Positions 50,054-63,762 of a stretch of DNA of 64,000 bases are shown here, one piece after another. This DNA is from Chiloscyllium plagiosum (lineage: Eukaryota): the NCBI RefSeq assembly GCF_004010195.1, contig NC_057749.1, forward strand, positions 6,012,862-6,076,861, read 5' to 3'. A program made the translations under genes and the position numbers. Below the pieces are notes generated by a model that saw only the letters and a program-made list of their open reading frames with translations, ran no database searches and was not told where the DNA came from. Position 1 is the first letter of the stretch; each line of letters opens with the position of its first letter.

Positions 50054-51009
50054 AAGAGGAACAGCGGGACCATGGGATGCCATCCACAGATCCCAGAAGG
50101 TGGCTAATAGTGTAGTTAGGAAGGCAAGCAGGACACTAGCCTTTATCAATCATGGCATAGGTTATAAGACCGGGGAGGTTGTGTTGAAGCCAGTCAAAAC
50201 CTTGTTGAGGCTATAGATGGAATACTGTCACCACACTATAGGAAGGATGTGATTGCATTAGAGAGGGTGCAGAGGAGATTCACCAGGAAGTTGCTTGGGG
50301 TGGAGCACTTGAACTACGAAGATACTAGATAAGCTCGGGGTTGTTTCATTTGAGCTGTGATGGTTGAGGGACAGATATTTTTCCTATCAACATCCTCTGG
50401 TTTACCATTGATCAGAAACTTAACTGGACTTGCCGTGTGGCTACAAGAGCAGATCAGAGACTAGAAAGCTTTCAGGGAGTAACTCACCACTTAACATTCC
50501 AAAGCCTGTCCACTATTTACAAGGCACAAGTCAGGAATGGGATGAATCTCCCTCACTGGGTGCAGCGCCAACAAACCCAAGATGCTTGACACCATCCAGG
50601 ACTCAGCCCACTTGATTTGCCCCACATCCACAAACATCCACTCCATCCACCACTGATGCTTAGTAGCAGCAGTGTGTACTATTGACAAGATGCACTGCAG
50701 AAGTTCACCAAAAGATTCTCAGACAGCATTTTCCAAACCCACGACCACTTCTATCCAGAAGAACAGGGCAACAAATACATGGGAACACCACCCCCTGCAA
50801 TATCGCCATTCCTTCAGTGTTGCTGGATCCAAATCCTGGAGTATTTTTCCGAACAGCATTGTGAGTTTACCTGCAGAAAATGGACTGAGGCAGCTCATCA
50901 CCACCTTCTCAAGGGCAATTGGGGATGGGAAATAAATATTGCACCAGCCTAATCTGATGACTGAACAAAAAAAATTACAATCCTACACTTCATTGGTTGC
51001 AAAGTAGTC

Positions 51010-51332
51010 ATCATAGAATCCCTACAGTGTGGAAGCAGGCCATTCGGTCCATCGAGTCCACACCGACCCTTTGAAGAACACCCCACTCAGATCAGCCCCA
51101 CCCCTCCCCATGCATGTAACCCTGCATTTCCCATGACTAATCCACCCAGCCTGTATATCCCTGGACACTACATGCAATTTAGCATGGCCAGTTCCCCTGA
51201 CCCACACATCTTTGGACTGTGGGAGGAAACTGGAGCACCCAGCGGAAACTCGTGCATACACGAGGAGAATGTGCAAACTCCACGCAGACATCGTCCGAGG
51301 CTGGAATCGAACCCGGGTCCCTGGTGCTGTGA
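51010..51332 (-). mobile_element. HE1-type SINE
   Basis: Core and tail motifs; head clipped. Confidence 0.85.
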
Positions 51333-52079
51333 GTACTTTCGATCATCGTGAAAGGGGCCATATAAATGCAAGTATTTCTTTTCATTGTAACAGGCAATGA
51401 TTTGGATTTCACTGCCTGAAAAGCCGGGAATCAGATAGAGTTGTACCTTTCCAATGGAAGTTGGATCTCAATTTAAATAGGAAACATTGGCAGATCCACA
51501 AAGACAGAACAGGAGAGTCTGACTAATTGGATCATCCTCTCTCTAACAGCTTTCATGTCCTCAAGATGTTACTGTTACTTTGTAGATATGCAGAGGAGGT
51601 AACTTGTACACAGAAGGATCTCACAAATGGCCAAGGTGTTGCGTGAACAATGATTGTACGTCAGGGAGTCCCCAACACCTTTGTTTTATAAACAGTCATG
51701 AGATCCTGAACAGATACACAAGCCTAACTAAAAACCCAGAGAGGCATGGATGCTGGAAATCAGAAAGAAAATGGGAAATTACTGGAAAAGCTCAACATGT
51801 CCAGCAGCATCTATGGAGAAAAATTGGCATGACCATTTCAGGTTCAGTGGGAACGTGAGGACTGCAGATGCTAGAGATCAGAGTCAAGAAGTGTGGTGCT
51901 GGAAAAGCGCAGCAGGTCAGGCAGCAATCATGTTCAGAGACCCTTCCTCAGGAGCTTTTCCAGATGTACAATCTTGCTGCCTAACATTCCATCAACAGAG
52001 ATGGCAGATCTGATCATTTCAGAATGAGGGTCAATGGCCTCAAAACATTACCTCTGTTTCACTCTGCACAGACACTGGA

Positions 52080-52293
52080 GGCATAGGGAAAGTACAGCAG
52101 GTCAGGCAGCATCTGAGAAGCAGGAAAATCGACGTTTCGGGCAAAAGCCCGTTTATCAGGAATGAGAAAGAAGGTCTTTTGCCCAAAACGTCGATTTTCC
52201 TGCTCCTCAAATGCTACCTGACCTGCTGTGCTTTTCCATCACCACTCTAATCTAGACTCTGATCTCCAGCATCTGCAGTCCTCACTTTCGCCT
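52080..52293. mobile_element. Penelope family B fold-back cassette inside a family C repeat
   Basis: 10-bp TSD AGACACTGGA at 52070-52079 and 52294-52303; two opposed, mutated hammerhead cores. Confidence 0.8.
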
Positions 52294-52869
52294 AGACACT
52301 GGATGCATGCTGAGCATTTCTAGCAATTTCTGTTTTTCTTTTTGATGCGATGTGACCATTACCCTGCAGCACTGAAATGTACATTATGTGCTTAAGCTGT
52401 GGCACACAGCTTCAACTTTATGAAAGAGCTTGCATTTCTATCAGAGCTTTCACAACCTCACGACATCCCGATGCATTTCACAGCCCGTGGACGAGCTTTT
52501 GAATTCTGGTGATTGTAGTACCATTGATAGCATGGCAGTCAATTTGTACGCAGCTAAGCTCCCTGAAACAGCAATGTGATAAAGACCAGATAATTGTAAC
52601 TTTTTAAACACTGAGAAAACAGTTATCTAGTCATTATCACATTGCTGTTTCGGGAGCTTACCACATGCAACTGAGCTACTTGATTACATGTCAAAAGCAC
52701 CACTTTGGCTCTAAATTGGAGATGTCCTGAGATTGTGCATTGCACCGTAGATATACATATTCTTCCATGATCTAAATGTTGTGCTTTAGCTTTTATACAA
52801 CAGAGTGAAGAGCTGGTTCATAATTCTGGTCCAGAAGACAGAGTAGTAGATTTGAGGCTTGCATTTACA

Positions 52870-53190
52870 TTAGATTAGATTCCCTACAGTGTGGAAACAG
52901 GCCCTTTGGCCCAACATGTCCACACCAACCCTCCAAAGAGCAACCCATCCAGACCTACTCCCCTACCCTACCCTACCCTATATATACACCCCTGACTAAT
53001 GCACCTAACACTATGGGGCAATTTAGCATGGCCAATTCACCCAACCTGCACATCTTTGGATTGTGGGAGGAAACCCACACAGACACAGGGAGAATGTGCA
53101 AACTCCACACAGACAGTGGCCTGAGTTGGGATTGAACCCAGGTCCCTGGCACTGTGAGGCAGCGGTGCTAACCACTGAGCCACCGTGCCA
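52870..53190 (-). mobile_element. HE1-type SINE
   Basis: Full length with (TCTAA)n tail. Confidence 0.88.
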
Positions 53191-54299
53191 CGTGGATAAT
53201 GAACAGAAAGTCACAAGGTTTGCACGTCAGGCACTGCAACCTTCATAATTTGAACGCTGCACAGAAAGAGGCATTCTTCCCTCCAGCCTGTACCGGTATT
53301 TTGAGAAAACTATCATAAGACCGTAAGATATAGGAACAGAAAGTAGGCCATTCAGCCCATCGAGTCAGCTCCACCATTCAATCATGGCTGACATGTTTCT
53401 CAACCTCATTCTCCCGCTTTCTCCCTGTGACCCTTGACCCCCTTGATACTCAAGAACCTATCTGTGTCAGTCTTTAATTAATTCTGCTCCCCTGCTCACG
53501 ATCCGTGGCCTGAACAACTTTTCATTCTCAGTGTACAATCAGTACTCATCTTGTCTCCACTATGAGATTGATCAAAGAACAGAGACAATTACTTGAAGAT
53601 GTGGAACTGCCTTTTTATTCCAAGCCATTGTTACAATATCTATAATGTATGTCACATCTGTTGATAATCCTTTGGCAAGATTTGTAATGGTGTAACGACC
53701 TTTCTGAACTGCAAACTAAACTTCACTTAATGTTATTTATTTTTTTAAAAATCTCCATATATCTTTTGAAAAATATCGAAAGCCAAGTAGCTGTCTTCTG
53801 ACACAATGTCACTGCTTATTGTGAAGCCAAGTCTGTGGCTCTGTGTTCTGGCCGTACCTACATTAGAACCTGGTTTCCCTGGCAACGAGCAGTTCAGGGA
53901 CAAACACAACAGGCTTGCTATCATATCTGTCACTGGAACTGACCTGGAGCCCAGCACAGTGGAAAGCATCACTGACTGAGCTAAAGATTCCTCTCCCTAA
54001 TCATTCTTGAACCTGATTAAAGGGCGGCTACTGTGTCAATGAGGCTTTTGTAGCACTTAATACAAAACAAACTTTAGGAAAACAAAATTCCCATGGCATG
54101 ATATTTAGAAGTAAAAGTCTCAAATTTGTAGGTTTAATCAGTTGTGCTTAATGCTCTGACTAGAGTTTGAAATTGTGCTGCTTTATATTTCTGACATGCT
54201 TAGGTTTCCAATATCCCCTCAGTTGGTTGCACAGCTTGTTAGCACCTTACTGTAGTTGTCTCCATCTTCCCACAGAGATGTCCTTTGTTGTATGATGTG

Positions 54300-54862
54300 T
54301 CATAGGGAGTTGTAGAGTCATACAGCATGGAAACAGACCCTTCGCTTCAACCAGTGTATGCCGGTCATAATCCCAAATTAAACTAGTCCCAGCTGCCTGC
54401 TCCTGGTCCACATCCCTCCAAACATTTCTTATTTATGTACTTACCCAAATATCTTTTAAACATTGTAAATGTACCCACATCCACCACTTTCTCTGGCAGT
54501 TCATTCCACACACAAACCATGCTCTGTGTAAAAAAAGGTTGCCCCCATGTCCTTTTTAAATCTTTCTCCTCTCACCTTAAAAATATTGCTCCTAATTTTG
54601 AGCTTCCCCACCCTAGGGGAAAAAAGCTCTTATCATTCACCTTTCTGTGCTCCTCATAATTTTATAAACCTCAATAAGGTCGCCCCCCCTCAACCTCCTA
54701 TGCTCCCAGCCTTTCCAGTCCATTTTTATGTCTCAAGCCCTTCCTTCCTGGCAACATCTTCATAAATCTTTTCTGAATCATCTCCAGTTTAACAATACCC
54801 TTACTGTAACAGGCAACCAGAACCGGGAACAGTATTCCAGAAGAGGCATCACCAACATCCTG
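54300..54862 (-). mobile_element. CR1 LINE 3' fragment
   Basis: Same subfamily as 16607-18926. Confidence 0.8.
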
Positions 54863-54869
54863 GATCCTT

Positions 54870-55205
54870 TATCCCCCATTTCCGTCACCTCCAGTGGGGT
54901 GCCCCCAACCAGAAACATATTCCCCTCCCCTCCCTGTCAGCCTTTTGCAAGGACATTTCCCTCCCACAAACCTTCAGCACTTTTCCTGCACTTCTCACCA
55001 TCTAGTCTACTGCATTCGCTGCTCACAATGTGGCCTCCCCTACACTGGGGGACAACGAAGCATGGACTGGGTGACCACTTTGCAGAGCACCCACGTTCTG
55101 CCCACAAAAAAGACCCTGAGCTTCCTGTTGCCTGCCACTTCAACACACCACCCTGCCCCCTGAACAACATCTCTGTCTCAGGCTTGCTGCAGTGCTCCAA
55201 TGTCT
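54870..55205 (+). mobile_element. Penelope-like element GIY-YIG endonuclease remnant
   Basis: FSCTSHHLVYCIRCSQCGLPYTG, frameshift, then TKHGLGDHFAEH..SAHKKDPELPVACHFN: VY..CxxC..Y.G motif typical of PLE endonucleases. Confidence 0.85.
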
Positions 55206-55669
55206 TTTGATGGTAGCTATTATTGTACAAGCCAGTTAGTACCTGAAAGGATTAAAACAACACCATCTAAGTTCTGCCCATCAAGACATACAGGAATGTT
55301 CCTGGAGGAGCTAACCAGTGTTCTGCTTGTGTTCACCAGAGGGTATATAGTGCTTCAGTGATTGTTCTTAATGTTACCAGGATGTAGCTAAAGTTATCTT
55401 GAATGAGCCTGGTAATCTCTCAAGAGACTACCACGTATCATAGATATAATGTAAGTAGCTACTAAATAATATGAAATAAACCTATTTATTGTTCATCAAG
55501 ATTGAGACTTTCTTCTGCCAAAGGGTTTGTGTGTCCACATGATTGTAATAACTTACATTATTAACAAGAGGGAATCTCCCCCAATCATTCCAGACGCTCA
55601 CAGCAGAAACCAATATTCACAAGATGCTGGCAGTGCTAGGAATTGAACATACAAGAAAAATGATTACAT

Positions 55670-55995
55670 TTAGAATCGCTACAGTGCAGGCTATTCGGCC
55701 CATCGTGTTCACACCGACCCTCTGAAGAGCATCCCACCCAGACCCACTCCATCCCTGTAGCCCTGCTAACCCGTGGCTAACCCACCTAGCCTGATCCCCA
55801 GATACTATGGACAATTTAGCACCGCCAATCCATCCAACCTGCACACCTTTGCACTGTGGGAGGAAACCAGACCACCCGGAGCAAACACGGAGAGAGTATG
55901 CAAACTCCACACAGACAGTCACCGAGGCTGGGATTGAACCCGAGCCCCTGGTGCTGTGAGGCAGCTGCGCTAACCACTGAGCCACCGTACCACCC
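55670..55995 (-). mobile_element. HE1-type SINE
   Basis: Head, core and tail motifs. Confidence 0.85.
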
Positions 55996-56769
55996 TCAAC
56001 TCTTAAAACAAGACAATTATCGGTGATTCTGTGAAAGTTATGTGGTGTGTGGATATCATTGATGTAGCTGTCTCTTTGAATTAAGGACTGAGTAAAGGAC
56101 AAATGCGAAGGTCAAAGCCATCAATCTTCCACCATATCTGTTGTCCCACCAGGAAGTACACAGAAAGTCCATTACCGCTATTCAATCACCTTAGTGGATT
56201 TTATAGGGCACTACCTTTCATATTTAATTTCAACATCCTTGAAACTGGACTGTGTGACAGTATAGTGATGCTTCAAGTTGGCATTATATTCTGGGCAATG
56301 GTTTAACCGAAGAGGTTGGGCAGAGGTAACACTCTCAACATCAGTAGGTTGACATCAACAATTGAGTAACTTGCTCCCACGCTGTTTCTAAGTAAAGTCT
56401 AAAGAAGTAAACTCCTGAACCAAGCATGGAGCAAACTAGTCAAAAGCCCTTTCTCGGAGATATTGAAGAGTTACCTGCCCATGTACCTGGCCTTTGGGCA
56501 TCCCTGATGTGAATCTTTCCACCATTTGTAGTTGTACCTTTAGCTCCCTGGGACCTAAACTGTGGACTTCCTTCCCTGAAACTATCCTCTCACTTTCTCT
56601 CTATCCTCCTTTCAGACACTCCTTAAAACCCATATCGCCCAGCAAGCTTTTGCTCATCTGACCCAATATGTCTTTTTTGCCTCTTCACTGGGCCTTGCTG
56701 GCTGGCTGAGTCAACATTTATTGCCCATCCCTAGTTGCCCTTGAGAAGGTGCTGGTGAATCACCCTCAA

Positions 56770-58980
56770 GAAGATGTTGCCAAAGTGCCACCAACACATC
56801 TCCTGACCCACTAGAGGACTGGACACCCTGCTACATAACCATTAAAGATGCCTCCTGCATCACCACGCCACCCATACTTCGGAAAATCTGATCATGGCGC
56901 TGTGTTCCTCCTGCCCGTCTTACAAGTAGAAGCTGAAACAAGGATACTTCACAAAAGGAAATACAATTCTGGTCCGAGGCAGCAGAAACGTGTCTCCGGG
57001 ACTGGTTGGATTTGGTGGCATACTCGGCAGGAACCCTAGACAAGTATGCCGCCGCCATCTCAGGTCTCATCAGCAAATGTGTGGAGAACTGCGTGCCAAA
57101 GAAGTCAATCCGAGCGTTACCTTGGATGAGCCGGGAAATTCACTTACCGTTGAAGACCAGGTGTGCAGTATTCAAGTTGGATGATCCAGATCAGTAAAGG
57201 AAGTCCAGATGTGACCTCCACAAAGCCATCAGAGATGCCAAGAAGCAGGGCCGGACCAGGTTAGAGGCCCAAACCAACCAAACTCCCACTATCTATGGCA
57301 AGGCTAAACAGCATAACGGTTATACAGTGAAGCAGAGCAAGATGGCGGACACAGACACATCCCTCCCTGATGCGCTCAATGCTTTCAAGTGCTCGGTTTG
57401 AGCAGAATGCCAGTGGCGTGGTGACTCCTGCCCCGGACACACCCGTTCCCTTGCTCACTGCTGCAGACGTCTGATCAGTCTTCCTGGGAATCACCCCAAG
57501 GAAAGCGATGGGTCTGGATGGTGTCCCCGGCCGACCGGATGGTGTCCCCAGATCCTGTGTGGACCAGCTGACGGAGGTATTCCCTGATAGCTTTAACCTC
57601 TCCCTCCTACAAGTTGAAGTCCCCACCTGCTCCAAGAAGACCACCATCATTCCCATACCTCAGAAAACACATGCAATGTGCATTAATCACTACTGTCTGG
57701 TGGCTCTGACCACAATAATCATGACGTGCTTCGAGAGGCTGGTCATGGCCCACATTAACGCCAGTATCCCAGCCTGTCTCGATCCCTTACAATTCGCCTA
57801 CTGACATAACAGGTCCACAATGGATGCCATATCCCTAGCCCTGCACTCACCCCGGGAACATCTGGACAACAAGGACACCTACATCAGACTCCTGCTCACC
57901 AACTACAGCTCCGCCTTCAATACCACTATCCCTTCCAGACTGATCTCAAAACTCCATGACCTTGGTCTCAGCTCTGCCCTCTGCAACTGGATCCTTAGTA
58001 TGTTCTCCACAATAACACTCAACACTGGAGCCCCCCACGGATGTGTCCTCAGCCCCCTAGTGTACTCCCTGTACACCTACGATTGTGTTGCCAAATTCCA
58101 AACAAATGCCATCTCCAAGTTTTGTCGACACAGCCATGGTGGGACAGATATCAAACAATGATGAACCAGAGTATAGAAGGGACTTGGTGACGTGGTACAA
58201 TAATAATAACTTCTCTCTCAACAAAAGAACTGATCATTGACTTCAGAAAGAAGGGAGGAGGCCATGCTCCCATCTCCATCAATGGAGGAGAGGTTGAGAG
58301 GGTGGAGAGCGTCAAGTTCCTCAGAGTGACGATAACTGACGACCTGTCCTGGACTTTCCCACGTAGGTGCGAGGGGCAAGAAGGCACAACAATGCCTCCT
58401 CTTCCTCAGGCAGCTCAGGAAATTCGGCACATCCATGAGGACCCTCACCAACTTCTACAGATGCACCAGTAAGAGGAGAGCATACTGTCCGGGTGCATGA
58501 TGGCCTGGTATGGTGACTGTACTACACAGCACCATAAGAAACTGCAGAAGGTGGCGTTCGCAGCCCAGACCATCAGGAAAGCCAACCTCCCATCCATGTA
58601 CTCCATTTACATGACTCACTGCCGTGGAAGGGCTGCCAACATCATCAAAGACCCCTCCCATCCAGGCAACGATCTCATACGAACTCTTCCATCAGACAGA
58701 AGCTACAGAAGTTCGAACACACGCAGCAACAGGTTCACAAACAACTTCTTCCCTGCAGTTATTAGACTGATGAATGGATTTTCTAACTTCAAATACTGCT
58801 GATCTTGTTCATGTTGGTCTTCTCGACAGCAAGCTCTGTGTGGTGTAACCTGTATGCCTCTGTCCAAGTTTTTCTCACCCTATGATCTGTACATGCTTGC
58901 TTGCTATGATTTGCCTATACTGTTCACAGACAAAGCTTTTCACTGTACCCAGGTACGCGTGACAAGAAATCAAGTCAAAC
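56770..58980 (+). mobile_element. Rex1/Babar-clade LINE, 5'-truncated and decayed (endonuclease end, RT, 3' UTR)
   Basis: FGKSDH; Gx[78 protein letters not shown]; multiple stops and frameshifts. Confidence 0.88.
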
Positions 58981-59484
58981 CGTCTTGAATCAGTCCAGTC
59001 CATTTGGTGGAGGGAGACCCATGACACAGTTGTGAAGGAAGTTCCAGGAACTTGACCCAGTGTCACTGAAGAAACAGTACTTTGTTCCAACTCAGGATGA
59101 TGAGTGTTTTGGAGAGGAAATTACAGATGGTGTTGATCCCACGTATCTGCTGCCCTTGTCCCTCTGGACGGCAATGGTCACGGCCAGTGCTGAGTTAAGA
59201 AACCTTAGTGAAGTTCTGCAGTGCATCTTGTAGACGGTACATACTACTGCTACTGAGCTTCAGTGGTGGATGGAGTGGTGCTAATCAAACAGGCTGCTTT
59301 GTCCTGGAAGGTGTCAAAGTTCTTGAGTATTGTGAGGACAGCTACAAGAACGCTGTGTTGGAGAAACTTAGCAAGTTTGTGGAAATAGAAACATAGTTTC
59401 ACATCCAAAGACTATTCTTTGGAATCCTGAGACGTTCTGCTCCTATTTCAGATTAGCATCATCCACAGCATTTTGCTTGCATAA

Positions 59485-59778
59485 GGGTGGCATGGTGGCT
59501 CAGTAGTTATCACTGCTGCCTCATAGCACCAGGGTCCCAGGTTTGATTCCAGCCTCGGATGACTGTCTGTGTGGAGTTTGCACATTCTCCCCTGTGTCTG
59601 TGTGGGTTTCCTCCAAGTGCTCTGGTTTCCTCCCACAGTCCAAAGATGTGCAGGTCAGGTGAATTGGCCATGCTAACTTGCCCATAATGTTAGGTGCATT
59701 AGTCAGAGGGAAATGGGTCTGACTCTTTGAAGGGTCAGGTTGGGCTGAATGGCCTGTTTCCACACTGTAGGGAATCTA
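59485..59778 (+). mobile_element. HE1-type SINE
   Basis: Head, core and tail motifs. Confidence 0.88.
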
Positions 59779-60699
59779 CTCAGAACAGTCTCACCAATGT
59801 GCATGAATTCTGACTGAATGTTAGGACAGCTAACTTGTAGTTAATTCCAGCTTTCCTCTTACTTTAGAAATTGAACAGCACCCTTTAAAATAAAACTAAA
59901 ATGTTGGATTGAACTGACAAGTGAATACCGTGATCAGAGGCAGTAATGTACCCAAATTAGTTTGAGAGGTCAAAGTAGTGTCACAGTGTGCAGCCAACTC
60001 AGTTGTGGTCTGCTGATAGCCAGATGTCTGTAATTACGATGCGAGTCTGCATTACCCATCTCAGGGACAGCAAAGGGCAGTGAGTGCTTGGTGTTTAAAG
60101 AGATGTGACACATATCACCACAAGTTGCACATTCTTGTGAGCTCCAGACTCTGCGTGCAATACTGTATATCAGAGCACTGACACTTCCCACAGACACTAG
60201 CCATGAGCAGTCCATTAAACATTGGCAACTCCAAATGCGATCTATAAGGAAATAATTACAGGCACCTTACAGCAGCTGAGACCCTGTCAGAAAGGCAAGG
60301 TTTTAAAGGGGGTGCTGGTCTTAAAAGACTCCTTACACTAATACGTTGTACACGACTCCATTCAGAGGTGATGGTTAAAACATTGGAATTTGTTAAATAC
60401 AACAGATTGCACCTAGACAGAGGCTAAATTTTAGGCATTTGGAATTTTTTGCCAACACTTTGTGAGCCACAGGTTTGGTTTAATCTTGCCACCAATTTGA
60501 ACACTGGCATCGAGACATTCCGTGTTACTGTAATTCCAATTCCTGCACTTGATTAGGGCAGGAGGTGTTTTTTTATTTGCAGACAAAATTGAGCTTGTGC
60601 CCCAGGCTGGTCCAATAAACAATGGGGGTCACAGTGAAGGACTGCTCCTGTTCATTGGCTCATTCCGCAGCCTGCAGGCTCCACAACTTCCCCCCTCAT

Positions 60700-60820
60700 A
60701 CAAACTCACCGCCCCCACACCCCCCCCCCCAATATCACACATACACACCCTCCCCCACACACTCCCCCTCCATCCCACACACACTCTCTCCATCCCACAC
60801 ACACTCCCCCTCACCCCCTC
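60700..60820. repeat. C/CA-rich low-complexity repeat
   Basis: Units such as ctccatcccacacacactc. Confidence 0.8.
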
Positions 60821-61076
60821 TGGGGTGAAGAGATAAATGGGAGGGGGGGCCTGGGTCCGGGGAGAAGGTAGCTAAGAGTACAATAGGTGGATGGAGGTAG
60901 GGATGAAGGTGATAGGTCGGAGAGAAGGGTGGAGCGGATAGGTGGGAAGGACGATTGGCAGGTAGGACAGGTCATGAGGGTGGTGCTGAGCTGGCAGGTT
61001 GGAACTGGGGTAAGGTGGGGGAGGAGAAATGTGGAAACTGGTGAAGTCCACATTGATGCCCTGGGGTTGAAGTGTT
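60821..61076 (-). mobile_element. Penelope-like ORF C-terminus and pyrimidine-rich 3' region
   Basis: Minus strand TLQPQGINVDFTSFHISPPP, typical of the end of a PLE GIY-YIG domain. Confidence 0.75.
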
Positions 61077-61559
61077 TAGGCTACATACCACAATTTCCAA
61101 GCTTCTGCCCTCTTTCAAACCTATTAGTGGGATCTGTAAAACTCTACCCCAAGAATAACTCATTACTGCAAAGCTCTGAGACATCCTGAGGTCAAGGAAT
61201 GTGCTGCATAGAAACACCTTCTTTGAGCCCACATTACCTTGTCCTACTTCCACAGTTTAATTTAGAGTAATATTCCAGTTTTACATTTTCCAGTCCCCTG
61301 ATCATATTATCTAACATCAGCTCTGAAAACCCTCTCATTTGGGCTGACAAGTCCAAGTTCCTCCGGTCCTTCATCATAACTCGGCATCTCGACAGGAAGG
61401 CTGTTAGTTTGCAGTAATCCAACTAAGACCCCACATCACCCATAGCTGCTCCACTGGAGATAAAATCCTAGACTTCTCTTCATCTTCCAGTTGAATGAAA
61501 AAAAAAGCTATATCATGTAAGTGGCAGCCATCATGATCCAGTGCAATGATCATCATTGG

Positions 61560-61990
61560 TGGTCCCTCACAGATGGGGATGACTCTCTCCCACTCTCAGG
61601 GTGAGTCTATAGGTGGCTACACAGACCAATGCAGCTACCCCAGGCTCTGTTACACCGGGGGTCACCAGAAGGGGGTGGGTGAGGTATTGGTGAGGCACTG
61701 CATTCCTTACGCTGTTTCCCCCCTCCCCGGGCTTCAGCTTTTTCCTGACAGCGTGTCTCGAGGACCTTGACGCCTTCGTGGATGTTCCTCCCTCACTTTG
61801 GAACAGTCTGGGGGCAGTGATTCCCAGATGTCTGTGGGAATGCTGCACTTCCCCAGTGAGGCCTTGAGGGTATCCCAGAGGCCGTCCCTCTGTCCCACCT
61901 GGGGCTGGCCTGCCATTTCGGAGCTGGGAGTAGAGCATCTGCTCAGGGAGTCTCATGTCAGTCATGGGATCAAAGTGCCCAGCCCATATC
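61560..61990 (-). mobile_element. RTE-clade LINE C-terminal remnant
   Basis: WAGH..M.DMRLPEQMLYSQLRNGR..GG and DTLKASLGKCSIPTDIWESL match the RTE ORF C-terminus. Confidence 0.75.
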
Positions 61991-62454
61991 AGGGTGAAAT
62001 ACATGGTTAATGGCTGAAGGGCACAGTTCTTTCGAGAATATTGCTCACAGATTCAACTCATTGGACAGAATTTTCCAAATCCTGGTGTGGCAAAGCGAGA
62101 GGCTGGTTGTTGGTGGGACAGGGCAGGAAGCATTCTCCCACTGCCATGGGGATTTCCTGTGGGTGGTGATTATGTAGTGGTACTGTCATCTGACTAGCAA
62201 TCCAGAGGTCTAGGGTAATGCTCTAGAGATGTTGGTTCAAATCCCAGCATGGGAGATGGTGATGTTTGATACAAAGAAAAACTTTGGACAAGCAGCTGGT
62301 CTAATGGTGATTATAGAACCACTGTCAATTGTTTTATCAACCCATCTGGTTCACTCGGATCCTTCAGGGAAGCAAATCTGCATCTCTTACTTGGTCTAGC
62401 CTACATAATAAATACCAGCCCAGCCAGTGATATCCATATCCCAAGTATGCATAA

Positions 62455-63207
62455 AACAAATTGAATTGAATTATTGTCACGTGTATCGAGGCACAGTGAA
62501 AAGCTTTGTCTTGCGAACAATACAGGCAGATCACAGAGTTAAGTAGCATAGATAGTAAATAATAGGTAAACAGCAGCAAAAACAAAAACACAGGTACAGA
62601 CATATGTTAAGAGCTTGTGAGTCCATTCAGTATTCTAACAACAGTAGGGTAGAAACTGTTATTATGTTCAAGAAATGAGAAAGGGCCATCATTGCTTAAT
62701 TACTACAAAGAGAATTAAAGTGTTCCAAAATAATTAAAGAGGATAGGCAGGGTAGATGTATGTAAGATATGGCAACTGTACCATTCAAGATTAGAGATGA
62801 TTACAGAGAGTGATGAACTCGGCCCGGACAATCACAAAGGCCAACCTCCCATCTATAGAATCCACCTACCAGGCCCGCTGTCAAGGAAAGGCCGCCAGCA
62901 TTCTCAAAGATCCATCCCACCCCGTCAATGTTTTTCTACAACCTCTATCATCGGGAAGAAGGTACAGAAACGTGAACACATGCCCCAGCCGGTTTCTACC
63001 TGACTGTTGTGAGAATACTGAATGGACTCACAAACTCTTCGCATTCGCCTGTACCTGTGTTTTTGTTTTTGCTGCTGTTTACCTATTATTTACATATCTA
63101 TGCTATTTAACTCTGTGATCTGCCTGTATTGCTTGCAAGACAAAGCTTTTCACTGTGCCTCGGTACATGTGACAATAAATTCAATTCAATTCAATTCAGT
63201 TCAATTC
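62455..63207. mobile_element. Two Rex1-like 3' ends in opposite orientation (62455-62658 minus; about 62770-63207 plus)
   Basis: About 200 bp of near reverse-complement identity; (ATTCA)n tails; ITKANLPSIESTY..KAASILKDPSHP. Confidence 0.85.
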
Positions 63208-63762
63208 ATAAGATGTTTCACCTGGTTGGGAGTCTAGAACTGGGGGCGCACTTGAAAAATAAACAGGAAAGCTGAGGAGAAATGAATTATTCAGAACCTT
63301 TGGGACGCGCGATCACTGAGGGCTGTGGAAACTCAAGTCTTTGAGCATGTTTAAGTTAGAAATTGATCAATTTTTGATTACCAGTAGTGTATAGAGTTAT
63401 GAGGTTGGGTTAAGTAAAAAGCATTGAAGTATTCAATCAGCCATGATCATATCGAATGGTGGTGCAGACTTGATGGACTAAATCACTTCCTCATGTTCCA
63501 ACCTTCCCAACTTTAAAATACAATTACAGCCAAAAACCTCGTTCTTTGACTTTGTTCAATATTGAGGTCTTTGAATGTGCCCTGCACTGAGTTTACCCAG
63601 ATTGTTGCGGCGATAGATGATGTTACCTCCAAGATTTGAACAAGTCGTCAATGCTAATGCTGCAGAGGAAGAATAACAACAACTCGCATTTATATAGCAC
63701 CTCTAAAGCATTGCACAACACTTTGCAGGAATGTTGTTCATACACTGAGCCATTGAGGGAGA

